From a virus, in the IMG/VR virus record IMGVR_UViG_3300010375_000001, positions 10,022 through 74,021 of that record: a DNA stretch of 64,000 nt; one strand, 5' to 3'. The notes beneath the pieces are model-generated. The model did no database searches. It saw nothing but the letters and a program-made list of their open reading frames with translations, and had not been told where the DNA came from. The position numbers and the translations under genes are program-made. Positions 29,267-38,154 of the stretch are shown here, one piece after another. Position 1 is the first letter of the stretch. Each line of letters starts with the position of its first letter.

Positions 29267-29647
29267 TCAGCTGTCTTTTTCGGGATCGGGGTCTGCGCCC
29301 TCCGATGGCCCTGTGAGCGATTTTAAGCCGAATTGCCGGACTTTCTCCGCCGCCTCGATCTCTATGCCGACCGAGTTGCCGATCGAGCCGTCACGCCGCG
29401 TATAGGTCCGGTAGGTAACCGCCCCCTTCATCTTGACTAGGGACCGGGCGGTCAGCTCCTGGATCTCGTAGCCCTTGGGGTTGGTCCAGGTGCAGCTGAT
29501 CCAAAGCGGCTTGCCAGAGATCTTGCGGCCCTCCCGGTCAAAGGCGACCGGGGTATGGACCGCCGTAAAATTCCAGATCGCCTGATTGCCTTCGATCGTT
29601 AGATGGGGAGCTTCCTTGATCACAGCCGTGACCTGCCAATTATTCAT
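29267..29647 (-). CDS. Single-stranded DNA-binding protein-like (OB fold)
   Basis: NFTAV...WISCTW...VKMKGAVTYRTY, acidic tail. Confidence 0.6.
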   Translation of the reverse strand: MNNWQVTAVIKEAPHLTIEGNQAIWNFTAVHTPVAFDREGRKISGKPLWISCTWTNPKGYEIQELTARSLVKMKGAVTYRTYTRRDGSIGNSVGIEIEAAEKVRQFGLKSLTGPSEGADPDPEKDS

Positions 29648-29689
29648 ATTGGATTTGGTTTTTATGGTTACAGTAATGGATAACCGAAC

Positions 29690-30460
29690 TAACGGTCCCG
29701 GTTACCCACCAAAAAAGGGGGGGTAAAAATAGGCCCAAAAATGCCGATTTTCAACCGGATTTTAGCAATAGTAATCAGAGAGTTAGGAGGGTTTTTTGAT
29801 CGATGGTTGCCTATGCAACCAAAAAAAACAGCGTCTATATATACCGTTAAAGGGGGTTTCTGGAACCCGCGCCCAGACTGGTTTGTTTCAAAATACACAG
29901 GAATGTTTCAAAATCAACATGTTTTGTGACAAAAAACACACATTTTGTTACAAAAAAAACAAGGCAAATCTAACAGTGTTAACCCACGCCCAGCTTGTTT
30001 TAGCTGGCAAACAGTACAAAAGTTGTGACAAAAAAAACAGCCATTCAACGCGAGCAAATAAAAATATTTTTTTTCAAAAAAAAATTGGTCGAATAAGACA
30101 CTACTACTTTTACATATTTATACCTATTGCTTTATTCGTTCCTTTACGCGTTATTGTCGTGTTTTTTTTGAAACAGCTCTTTTTTTTTCATCTATATACT
30201 TCTAATTTAAATCAATAGATGTTCCAAAATAAACAAGAAAAATAAAGGTAGGGAAAGATAAGTGAATGTAAAAGAATTTTTTGGTGTTCCGAAAAAAACA
30301 TGTGTAATTTGTAACAGTGCTTGTTTATTCTGTACATGTTGTATCATCCGTTGTGCGGTCCATTGTGCGATGATACAAAAGGTAACGCTAACAATACAAC
30401 GCACGGTACAATAGGATTTTTTGTAATTTGAGAACAGTACAACAGATAGAACAAAATTTT
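29690..30460. other. AT-rich non-coding region, candidate replication origin
   Basis: Long A/T runs; TTGTKACAAAAAA at 29924, 29945 and 30023; lies between divergent operons. Confidence 0.5.
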
Positions 30461-30464
30461 TTCC

Positions 30465-30743
30465 ATGCAAAATTTGTTACAGCTCTCTTTGACTTTCCGA
30501 AATGACCCCCAAATGCACATGGGGACCCTCCTAAAATGCGAGTGCGGATGGCAGGGACCCCTCAAAGAAGCCACCGAAGTCCTCTATAAGAAGCGCGACG
30601 GCAGTATTGAAGCCTGTCACTATGTCTGCAAACGCAAGGAGTGTATGAAGATATTAGCCGAGGATGCAATCAAAACGCCCATCTCCCTGATCGATCAGGC
30701 CAACCAAACCTGGCTCCCGGCATCGGAGCGCGACGAACCATGA
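30465..30743 (+). CDS. Small zinc-binding protein
   Basis: CECG...C..C. Confidence 0.5.
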   Translation: MQNLLQLSLTFRNDPQMHMGTLLKCECGWQGPLKEATEVLYKKRDGSIEACHYVCKRKECMKILAEDAIKTPISLIDQANQTWLPASERDEP

Positions 30744-31141
30744 CCTACTATATATTGGTATGCGGCTCGACCGAATATAGCGACTACCCCCGCCTCGAAC
30801 GCGTGCTCTCCGACGAGATCCCGCTCGCTCTCCAGCGGTGCCCCACAGGCGAAACCGTGACTATCGCCATCGTCCACGGCGACGCCCCCGGCGCCGATCG
30901 CCTGGCCGACCGCTACGCCAAGAAACACAACCACTTACCCATCCCCTTCCCAGCCAACTGGAAACGCTTCGACCGCAAAGCCGGTCCCATCCGCAACTCC
31001 GAAATGGCCGCGTTCCTGAAGAACAAACTACCCTACGTCTCCGCCATCGCCTTCTGGGATGGCTACACCCCAGGCACCGAAGACATGCTCGAAAAAATCA
31101 GCAAGGTCCTTCGCCTTCCGGTCCGAAGAGAGTACTTTTAA
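30740..31141 (+). CDS. SLOG/YspA-like (DUF2493-type) protein
   Basis: LVCGS...IVHGDAPGADRLA...AGPIRNSEM...AFWDG..GT. Confidence 0.8.
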   Translation: MTYYILVCGSTEYSDYPRLERVLSDEIPLALQRCPTGETVTIAIVHGDAPGADRLADRYAKKHNHLPIPFPANWKRFDRKAGPIRNSEMAAFLKNKLPYVSAIAFWDGYTPGTEDMLEKISKVLRLPVRREYF

Positions 31142-31244
31142 CGGCACAATAAACAATACAACAGATGGAACAATCAATGGAACTAAAAATTACGGCGGGC
31201 GGATCGATGCTCTTTGAGCGAATAAGCCATCAACGAACTAGTGT

Positions 31245-31499
31245 ATGGGTCAGCACCTGCAAATAACGCATGCCGGCGTAGAGCTCACCCTTGGTGAAGC
31301 CAAGTTCTTGCGATTGGTCTGTACGCAGATGACGTATTACCAAATGGCTTATTTCTTGGGCAAGAGTCCGCACACGATCGATGGCTATCGTGATCACTTG
31401 TTCCATAAGCTGAACGTGCGTAGAAGATCCGGCCTGATCATGTGGGCTATTAAGACAGGTTACTTGCAAACGAAACACGGTATAATAAAAGGATTATGA
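31245..31499 (+). CDS. LuxR-type HTH protein
   Basis: LT..E...SPHTIDGYRDHLFHKLNV. Confidence 0.8.
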   Translation: MGQHLQITHAGVELTLGEAKFLRLVCTQMTYYQMAYFLGKSPHTIDGYRDHLFHKLNVRRRSGLIMWAIKTGYLQTKHGIIKGL

Positions 31500-31765
31500 C
31501 GATTAGAGAAGTGCTCGACCGGTATTGGGAGGGGGAGATCAACCTGGAAGCAGCGTTCACGCTGCTGGCTGAAGAGGGGTTTTGCCCTGCATTAATCAAT
31601 GATGATTATGGACTCTGGGCGGTAGAATTAGGATCGGGGTATCAACAAGTGCCGAACATCCCTGGTGAGCCATCCACTATTACTACAACGTTCTTTATCG
31701 AGAAGGAGTACTGGCAGAAGACGATTACCGACGCTTTTGTTTACGCATTAAGACAGGCATTATGA
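31496..31765 (+). CDS. Hypothetical protein
   Basis: Overlapping operon. Confidence 0.55.
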   Translation: MTIREVLDRYWEGEINLEAAFTLLAEEGFCPALINDDYGLWAVELGSGYQQVPNIPGEPSTITTTFFIEKEYWQKTITDAFVYALRQAL

Positions 31766-32067
31766 ATAAGGTAAAATTTACGCTGTCCGCCACGTTATTG
31801 ACGACGCCTGATTTTAAACAAGGCACCATCGAAATCGATATCAAATCTGACAGCGCAGAAGTCGAGGAGAAGATAGGTAATGATGCGGAATTTGCCATCA
31901 TGGCAGCTATCAATGTCTTAGCGGCAGCGATGGCCTCCGTGATCCAACAGGGAGCATCTAATGGCATGGACGCTAAGGATGCGTTGAAACTAAAATCCTT
32001 TAAAACGATTTCCGTGTTCGTTGACATGCACACCAAAACCGCTTGGATGAAAAGATCAAAATCATGA
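31762..32067 (+). CDS. Hypothetical protein
   Basis: Overlapping operon. Confidence 0.55.
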   Translation: MNKVKFTLSATLLTTPDFKQGTIEIDIKSDSAEVEEKIGNDAEFAIMAAINVLAAAMASVIQQGASNGMDAKDALKLKSFKTISVFVDMHTKTAWMKRSKS

Positions 32068-32432
32068 TACGACTACCACTCATCTGGTTGCTCCTGGCTG
32101 TCTGCGCTCCGCCAGCATCGAAGTACCACGCATTCCAGGTCTTTGAAGGCAAAGGCTTCGTTAACCTGACGGACGTTACCTATCGCGAATGCAGCGTGGA
32201 AGTAACCTTCGCGAGCGATAAATTTACGCTGGGTAGCCAGGCGTATCACATAGACTATACCGAGAAGTTCGGCGATTCCAACTTGTCATACTTCGGCCAT
32301 CGGATGGTAAAGGGCGAACGCGTACAGTGTTCGTTCATCCCATTGCCACCGGAGCAGAATAAGCCATGGACGCTGCTCTTTACATGGCAAGATAGCCTTA
32401 AAGCCTTTCACGCAAATGTTATAACACCATGA
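32064..32432 (+). CDS. Secreted protein / lipoprotein
   Basis: MIRLPLIWLLLAVC signal peptide. Confidence 0.5.
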   Translation: MIRLPLIWLLLAVCAPPASKYHAFQVFEGKGFVNLTDVTYRECSVEVTFASDKFTLGSQAYHIDYTEKFGDSNLSYFGHRMVKGERVQCSFIPLPPEQNKPWTLLFTWQDSLKAFHANVITP

Positions 32433-32815
32433 AGCTTACATCCAATAAAGCATGTAAGGAGGCACTGGCCTGGGTAGAAGAAAACTTTCAGAGCCAGCCA
32501 GGGGAACCCGGTTATGAACAGCTGGATATGTTCGCGAATGCTATAGTAGAATGGGAGAATAAACATTATCCGATAGAATGGCCCAAGGTGAAGATATCAT
32601 CGATCATCAGTCGGAACAGAGACGCGAAGCTACGGCATGAACTGGGGTTGCGCCCGGAGCGGCAATGGCAGCGTATGAAAAGGCGTCGTAGCAAGAGTTG
32701 GTTGGTGCGAACGATGACGGTTGCGTGGCATTTCAAGCTGTATGGTTTCTGGGAAAGGAAGACAAAGTTTATATTTTCGCAAGATCCTAATGAGTATATT
32801 AACAACAACATATGA
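32429..32815 (+). CDS. Protein with HigA-antitoxin-like N-terminus
   Basis: LDMFANAIVEWENKHYPI resembles the HigA N-terminal motif. Confidence 0.45.
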   Translation: MKLTSNKACKEALAWVEENFQSQPGEPGYEQLDMFANAIVEWENKHYPIEWPKVKISSIISRNRDAKLRHELGLRPERQWQRMKRRRSKSWLVRTMTVAWHFKLYGFWERKTKFIFSQDPNEYINNNI

Positions 32816-33307
32816 GGACATCAGCCATCATCAGAAGGAATAGAGCTGACCACGCCGGCATCGACTTAAAGGGCGATGCCAGATTTATGCGATATAGAAA
32901 GAAAATCTTCAGTAAACATAAAGAGTGGATTTTATGGCGAAGACGATATGCGTTCAAGCGAGCATGGTATAAATCTCTATACGAGCGCCGCCGTCTACCC
33001 ATGTGATAATATCTTGGAAAGCCGGGGCCAACGCGCTGGGGGAAAACGCGTTAGTTTTGACCGGGTGGGGTCGGATTTTTCGATTTGGGGGGAATTCCTT
33101 ACCTTTGATTGAGGCGCGGGATCGGTGTGATTTTGGGTTATAATTATTGTTATGTTAAATAGACCTTGACCGAGGCCGTTAGCCCCCTCCCCTACCCCAC
33201 CGAATTCGCTAAAAATCCCAAGAAATTCAGGCTTACACAAAATAGTTGTTATTCTCCTGTTTTGTACTGTTTGTTGTACAATTCATATTACAAATCTTTG
33301 TAACACA

Positions 33308-33676
33308 ATGTCGCCAATCGATTATGCTGCATTCACCGTGCAAGCTATAAGGGACCGCAACGGCGGCTTGATTCGTCTTAGTTTCACTCAGCTGGACATG
33401 GAGGTGTTGCATGCATTGATGCGGTTCGGTCGCGGCATGCGCATAGCGGAGATAGCGCGCGAGACGCGTGGGTTTGTGCATCGCAATACTCTCCTTTGGT
33501 CATTGGACCGGTTGATAAAAGATAAGCACGTTGTTAAGACAGGGCTTAATCAACGGCGTTATGTATACTACTCCATCACTCTCGAGGGTCGCGCTGTCTT
33601 GGACGATCTTAACGCGCGGATCATTGCCTTAGCGCATGCGGCGATGGGTGTACCGATACCAGAAGATAACAAGTAA
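33308..33676 (+). CDS. Winged-helix (MarR/PadR-like) regulator
   Basis: SLDRLIKDKHV...YYSITLEGR. Confidence 0.7.
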   Translation: MSPIDYAAFTVQAIRDRNGGLIRLSFTQLDMEVLHALMRFGRGMRIAEIARETRGFVHRNTLLWSLDRLIKDKHVVKTGLNQRRYVYYSITLEGRAVLDDLNARIIALAHAAMGVPIPEDNK

Positions 33677-33998
33677 CACTAGTGTCATAGGGGTTAATAA
33701 CAGATGCCTACCAAGTTGGTAGGCATCGTTGTTTATACACATGAGAAGAGCGACGAAACAAAAATGTCCAGCGGCATCGGCTGGACATGCTCTAATCAAA
33801 AGACCATAACCAGTAAACCTTATCCTATGAGGGACAAGTTAAGAATTTCCTCCATTCCACCCAATTTTTTTTGTACAATCTGTTGTACATTGTGTTGTGC
33901 TATGCGAATAGGGATAACGTATAGTATACCAAGGTTTTGCATGGGTTTCTCAAGTTTTTTGGCTCTCATGGTTTCTGGGTAATTATTATATTTTCTTG

Positions 33999-34049
33999 GG
34001 TGAACACCCGGTGAACACTTGTTCACCCGGATTATTTAGCATAGCTTTG
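33999..34049 (+). promoter_or_regulatory. Early-operon promoter with overlapping palindromic operator
   Basis: CTTG-N20-TAGCTTTG; GGTGAACA-CT-TGTTCACC (34010-34027) plus an extra half-site at 33999. Confidence 0.65.
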
Positions 34050-34279
34050 TCTTCAGAAGCGGGATCAATCCCGCACCTACTGGAATTTCAGCTGGTATCT
34101 CCTTTGTGTGTACATCCGATAGCTCACCACGTTCATCGCTTGCATGTCTATGCTGTTTATGCGATATAGGGTATAACACCCCGCCAACGTGGAAGAGGGT
34201 CGGACCTCTTCAGCGTGCTGCAACCAACGGGCCGAACGTGTGGGATAAGGTGTACGGCATAGCACAGATTAACGGGGAT

Positions 34280-34343
34280 CACTCTTTACAAGCTCTACCG
34301 ACGAACCGCGTAGCTTGCACAAGGGGCGAGCCCTTGAAGAGTG
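34280..34343 (+). ncRNA. tRNA-mimic element 1
   Basis: CACTCTT/AAGAGTG + CAAGG-GGCGAGC-CCTTG. Confidence 0.6.
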
Positions 34344-34358
34344 CTAAAATTGACAACT

Positions 34359-34769
34359 ATGTTTACTCAACAAGAAAGGGACCTCATGCAGGCGGCTATA
34401 GCCTCACATCTACTTTACTTATACGATACTCGGGCTATGACTTTAGAACAAAAAGAAGCGGAACGTGATAAGGTGAGAGCGCTATCAGCAAAGATTGACG
34501 CAACCGCTAATAAGGGACCATATAAGCCGATTACGTTAGTCCTAGACCACATCGGATGCCTTCATATGTTTGCGGGCGATGTTCATCCAACTGGCCGGGA
34601 TCATCCGAAGGTTAATGGCCGCGAAGCGGTAACGTTTATCCAGCGGCAAGAGGACATTGAGGGTATAATGGAGTATCTAACAGATGACGAACAAGAGAAT
34701 TTAAGCGGTGGTAATCCGGTTCGTACAACGTACGTTCCGGATTACTATATCATTCCCGTTCAATCCTAA
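34359..34769 (+). CDS. Early hypothetical protein
   Basis: ATG after A-rich leader. Confidence 0.6.
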   Translation: MFTQQERDLMQAAIASHLLYLYDTRAMTLEQKEAERDKVRALSAKIDATANKGPYKPITLVLDHIGCLHMFAGDVHPTGRDHPKVNGREAVTFIQRQEDIEGIMEYLTDDEQENLSGGNPVRTTYVPDYYIIPVQS

Positions 34770-34818
34770 CCCCTCATTGCATAACGGCAATCTGCGTAGT
34801 TCGAGACTGCGCAGGGGT
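34769..34818 (+). ncRNA. tRNA-mimic element 2
   Basis: ACCCCT/AGGGGT + GCGTAG-TTCGAGA-CTGCGC; internal ATTGC/GCAAT hairpin. Confidence 0.65.
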
Positions 34819-34833
34819 GCTAAACTTACACAC

Positions 34834-35112
34834 ATGAAAAAGATAGACGGAACTTCCCCTAAGCGTAATAGGTTTACCAACCTTGAACAGGTCGCGCGGT
34901 TGCTTCTCAAAAGACTGATATCTTTCACCTATACACCTGCTTGTATTGTAGTCACTGATTCGGATAAGAGCGAAATGGCGTTTTACACAGCCACCTATGA
35001 TTTTGAAACCAAAGAAGTAGTATTAATGATGGGTGCAAGCTATATAGCGGAAAAGCATTACATAGAAATCAAGCATAGTGATGCGGTATTATACATTGAA
35101 CGCGCGAAGTAA
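34834..35112 (+). CDS. Early hypothetical protein
   Basis: ATG after A-rich leader. Confidence 0.55.
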   Translation: MKKIDGTSPKRNRFTNLEQVARLLLKRLISFTYTPACIVVTDSDKSEMAFYTATYDFETKEVVLMMGASYIAEKHYIEIKHSDAVLYIERAK

Positions 35113-35192
35113 GTCATTTCAGGGCTTCGATACTTAACACAGGGACCGCATGTCTATGCGGTCCTTTACTATTATAAACAACATTTAAATAT

Positions 35193-35315
35193 ATGGACGC
35201 ACTAAATGAGTTTATCCTAATCATCGCATCGGTTGCCGGGTTGGGCACGCTGATCTTTATGTATGGCTTCTTTAAGGACTGCGAAGAGTCTGACAACACT
35301 TCCCCGCGTGGTTAA
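35193..35315 (+). CDS. 40-aa single-TM microprotein (not in ORF track)
   Basis: MDALNEFILIIASVAGLGTLIFMYGFFKDCEESDNTSPRG. Confidence 0.55.
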   Translation: MDALNEFILIIASVAGLGTLIFMYGFFKDCEESDNTSPRG

Positions 35316-35350
35316 AGGCCACCGTTAGCGGTCAGCGCGCTAACGGGGAG
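35300..35350 (+). ncRNA. tRNA-mimic element 3
   Basis: TCCCCG/CGGGGA, D-like GTGG-TTAAAGG-CCAC, TTAGCG-GTCAGCG-CGCTAA. Confidence 0.55.
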
Positions 35351-35391
35351 CACTGCCTTACGGCAAGAATTCGAACTAAAAACAGATCATT

Positions 35392-35607
35392 ATGAAACAC
35401 TTCTTTCAAGTGGACAATGACCACGTAGATCGTGTTCGGGAGATTGCGATGAAAAGCGCGCTACACATTGGAATCAGTAAGGAATGGGATACAAAGACGG
35501 ATATGTATGTTACTAGTCTTCCCAATGAAGCCGATACGCTGATTAAGAGGCTTAAACGAAATGGCATTAGCGCGCGCATTTATAAGCGCATCGACTACGC
35601 GAACTAA
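35392..35607 (+). CDS. Early hypothetical protein
   Basis: Preceded by CGAACTAAAAACA. Confidence 0.6.
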   Translation: MKHFFQVDNDHVDRVREIAMKSALHIGISKEWDTKTDMYVTSLPNEADTLIKRLKRNGISARIYKRIDYAN

Positions 35608-35617
35608 AAACAACTAT

Positions 35618-35839
35618 ATGACAAAAGTTAAAACGAACGAGCAGCGCTTTCGCGCGCTGCTCAACGATTTGGGACCGTTTGGCGCGGCTATACTACGGGA
35701 GCGCATGATGAACATGGTACAGTATAATCGCGATGCCATTGAGAAAGACCCGGAGTCTTTCAACAATCCGCTCTTCAACCACACACACTATTCGGCATTG
35801 TGTGACAAGATTGAAAAGCACCTGGGTTTCGAAGAGTAA
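35618..35839 (+). CDS. Early hypothetical protein
   Basis: Preceded by CGAACTAAAAACAA. Confidence 0.6.
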   Translation: MTKVKTNEQRFRALLNDLGPFGAAILRERMMNMVQYNRDAIEKDPESFNNPLFNHTHYSALCDKIEKHLGFEE

Positions 35840-35846
35840 CCCGGCC

Positions 35847-35889
35847 ATCCCTTGGGTCAGGCCTATGCTGTTCGAATCAGCGAAGGGAG
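35847..35889 (+). ncRNA. tRNA-mimic element 4
   Basis: TCCCTT/AAGGGA + TGCTG-TTCGAAT-CAGCG. Confidence 0.7.
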
Positions 35890-35908
35890 CGAACTAAAAA
35901 CAAGATGT

Positions 35909-36001
35909 ATGTCCGATTTATTCATGTGGTTGCTGTTAGTCGGCTTCTATGCCGTGCTGATGCAGTTTCCCGGTTATAAACCTAAAAGACGTAAGGTATG
36001 A
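35909..36001 (+). CDS. 30-aa TM microprotein (not in ORF track)
   Basis: MSDLFMWLLLVGFYAVLMQFPGYKPKRRKV after the shared leader. Confidence 0.5.
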   Translation: MSDLFMWLLLVGFYAVLMQFPGYKPKRRKV

Positions 36002-36156
36002 GCTTGTATGTAGTGGAACTGGTAAACGGTGATATCGTTACCGTTTACGCGGATAGTGAGCAGGATGCAGCAGAGCAAGTGTAGGACACGGACCGCGTAG
36101 GCGGCGCAATGGACCGGTTAATGCCGGTCCTTTCTTTGTAACTAATATCTATTTAT

Positions 36157-36429
36157 ATGGAGAAGATTCTACTGATCGATGCGAACAGGGGTATTTATAT
36201 CCCGCAGGAGTTTGCCAAGGCTTACGGGGAGCAATTCACCGGAACTTCATTAGAAGAGGATATAGCGATACTTCTGGAAGGTCCCGACCATGCTGAATAC
36301 AATGAGGCAATGGACGAAATTCTCCTGAAGGGAGGGCTAATATTAGATGGGAAAAAGTACAGGATTGACCAGGACGGTGACTTATGGGCGGTCCCTGAAG
36401 GGTATGAAGAACCGGAAGAGGCCTCGTAA
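36157..36429 (+). CDS. Early acidic protein
   Basis: RGIYIPQEFA...QDGDLWA. Confidence 0.65.
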   Translation: MEKILLIDANRGIYIPQEFAKAYGEQFTGTSLEEDIAILLEGPDHAEYNEAMDEILLKGGLILDGKKYRIDQDGDLWAVPEGYEEPEEAS

Positions 36430-36495
36430 CCACCATCCCCGATCCCGTTTTGGACATTCAACGCATTTTAGAATATTAACGGAAAATCAATCAAC

Positions 36496-36684
36496 ATGAA
36501 AGTAATAACTATTACGGGGAACGTTCCCGGCAAGGTGATTTTTAACTTAGAAGGTTTAACACAATTGCAAATAGCGTCCCTCTATAATGCATTAGAGGAT
36601 GCTATTGCAAAAGAGCTATTCCATAATCCGACAAGGGGCGAATTGCTGAAACAGTTGCATGAAGCTATCGCCCCTTACTTATAG
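36496..36684 (+). CDS. Early hypothetical protein
   Basis: A-rich leader; stop abuts the hammerhead. Confidence 0.55.
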   Translation: MKVITITGNVPGKVIFNLEGLTQLQIASLYNALEDAIAKELFHNPTRGELLKQLHEAIAPYL

Positions 36685-36733
36685 GTTAACTGACGAGTCT
36701 TGAATAGACGAAAGGGGGCAACCCCTCTTAACC
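36684..36733 (+). ncRNA. Type I hammerhead ribozyme
   Basis: GGTTAA-CTGACGA-GTCT(TGAAT)AGAC-GAAA-GGGG(GCAA)CCCC-TC^TTAACC; complete core; predicted cut after C36727. Confidence 0.9.
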
Positions 36734-36771
36734 AAAAGACAGCCGCAGTCTATAACAGGCGGGCCAATGTT

Positions 36772-37431
36772 ATGAACAAGAAAAATTACCGGACCGTACG
36801 GACCAAGGTGTATCAATTTGATGCGCTGAGCGATAAGGCGAAGAAAAAAGCCATAGAGCAATGCCGCTACTTCAATGTTGATGGCGAGTGGTGGGAGTTT
36901 ATCTACGATGATTTCAAGCGGATTTGCGAAACCGTTGGCGTCGACGTTGATTTAAAGAAAACCCACTTCCGTTTCTCAAGTCAGGGGGACGGGGCTGCGT
37001 TTACAGCGGATGTTGATTTGTTCAAGCTGATCGACGGCATTAACGGGGAGGCATGGCGGCAAGAGGCGCCCAACTTGGACAAGGAAAATAACTTTACTCC
37101 TCCTCATTGCAGCGTAGATCGGCGGGTATTGGATTTGATCAAACGGGACTGGATTAGTTTCACGGTGAACCTTGAAGCGAAGGACCGGCCTTATCATACA
37201 AAGGCAGATATCGAGTACGATTACACTCAGGATTCGTGCGGGTCCTATGAGAACATTGAGAACCAGCTGGACTTATTATACCTATGGGTCAAAGACGTTG
37301 TCATCGAATTGAACCATTTGCTATATCGCATCCTAAAACGTGAATACGAATGGCGGACGAGCGATGAAGCGGTCATTGAAACGATCAAGGCCAACGAATA
37401 TGAGTTTCTGGCTGATGGCAAACGCTTTTAA
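36772..37431 (+). CDS. Conserved early phage protein
   Basis: VYQFDALSDKAK...SQGDGA...EYEWRTSDEAV; the track's start at 36700 lies inside the ribozyme. Confidence 0.65.
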   Translation: MNKKNYRTVRTKVYQFDALSDKAKKKAIEQCRYFNVDGEWWEFIYDDFKRICETVGVDVDLKKTHFRFSSQGDGAAFTADVDLFKLIDGINGEAWRQEAPNLDKENNFTPPHCSVDRRVLDLIKRDWISFTVNLEAKDRPYHTKADIEYDYTQDSCGSYENIENQLDLLYLWVKDVVIELNHLLYRILKREYEWRTSDEAVIETIKANEYEFLADGKRF

Positions 37432-37473
37432 CCCTACATGGTGCAACGCCCCGGATCGTCGCCGGGGTAGGTT
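37431..37473 (+). ncRNA. tRNA-mimic element 5
   Basis: ACCCTAC/GTAGGTT (6/7) + CCCGG-ATCGTCG-CCGGG. Confidence 0.7.
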
Positions 37474-37491
37474 CGAACTAAAAACAAGTGT

Positions 37492-37821
37492 ATGGAAACT
37501 CTACCGATGATCCCGAAGGATCAACTTATTTGCAAGAGTCATGCGGCATCGATGCTCATGATCTTTACGGAACGGCATTTCAAGGACCTCGTTTTGCACA
37601 TTTATGAACGGGCTAAGAAGAACCAGGAACGATGGCTTTATTACAACCTTGTGAATATCCTTCTTTACAGGGTGACGAACGAATGGGTCGATCAAATGGA
37701 GGCCGTTGAAATGGATGCTACCCTTATCCGCGAAATGTCCGTCAGCGATCAGGAGGAGTACGTAAGAGTGTATGAAAACAGGTATTCGCATTGGTTGCGA
37801 TATGGTGTCTTAATGCCATAA
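37492..37821 (+). CDS. Early hypothetical protein
   Basis: Shared leader. Confidence 0.6.
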   Translation: METLPMIPKDQLICKSHAASMLMIFTERHFKDLVLHIYERAKKNQERWLYYNLVNILLYRVTNEWVDQMEAVEMDATLIREMSVSDQEEYVRVYENRYSHWLRYGVLMP

Positions 37822-37863
37822 CCACGCTTGGAGCTTGCAAGGGATCGTTTCCCTTGCGTGGTT
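37820..37863 (+). ncRNA. tRNA-mimic element 6
   Basis: AACCACGC/GCGTGGTT + AAGGG-ATCGTTT-CCCTT; linker TTGGAGC. Confidence 0.75.
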
Positions 37864-37881
37864 CGAACTAAAAACAAGTGT

Positions 37882-38004
37882 ATGAAAAAGCAAAATGCTA
37901 CAGGTGTAAGCCTGTTTATCTTCACGGCGGTTGTTATGATCGGGTTTGCCCTGACTATTTATTCCATCAACGCTGCGTTGTGGGTGTATTCCCCGGGCCG
38001 GTAG
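37882..38004 (+). CDS. 40-aa TM microprotein (not in ORF track)
   Basis: MKKQNATGVSLFIFTAVVMIGFALTIYSINAALWVYSPGR after the shared leader. Confidence 0.6.
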   Translation: MKKQNATGVSLFIFTAVVMIGFALTIYSINAALWVYSPGR

Positions 38005-38088
38005 AGCGACTTCTACGATCGTTTAGTTTTATCCATGCGACCTCAATCGGTCGCTTTAAAGGACCGGGTTTCTACCCGGTCCACATTT

Positions 38089-38134
38089 TCCCTACGGATC
38101 ATAACGATGCCGTGCTATTCGATTAGGATAGGGA
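38089..38134 (+). ncRNA. tRNA-mimic element 7 (imperfect)
   Basis: TCCCTA/TAGGGA + CTA-TTCGAT-TAG. Confidence 0.5.
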
Positions 38135-38154
38135 CCGAACTAAAAACACATAAT

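Noticed and set aside
29689-30470. ORFs in the AT-rich region, and long antisense ORFs such as 258-1196, 4522-5343 and 55153-56007
   Set aside because: They are low-complexity translations or shadows of stronger genes on the opposite strand.
35307-35365. Pistol ribozyme (CGTGGTTAAAGGCCAC resembles its P1)
   Set aside because: The AAAUA linker and a proper pseudoknot partner are missing; it fits the tRNA-mimic fold better.
35841-35900. HDV-like/theta ribozymes suggested by CGAA/CTAA after the stems
   Set aside because: No P2 partner and no P3/L3 TCCTCG-type loop.
36083-36137. Additional tRNA mimic
   Set aside because: It has a 6-nt loop, no clear acceptor stem and a T-rich tail, so a terminator is more likely.
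37995-38085. tmRNA
   Set aside because: Far too short, with no separate T arm, tag ORF or CCA.
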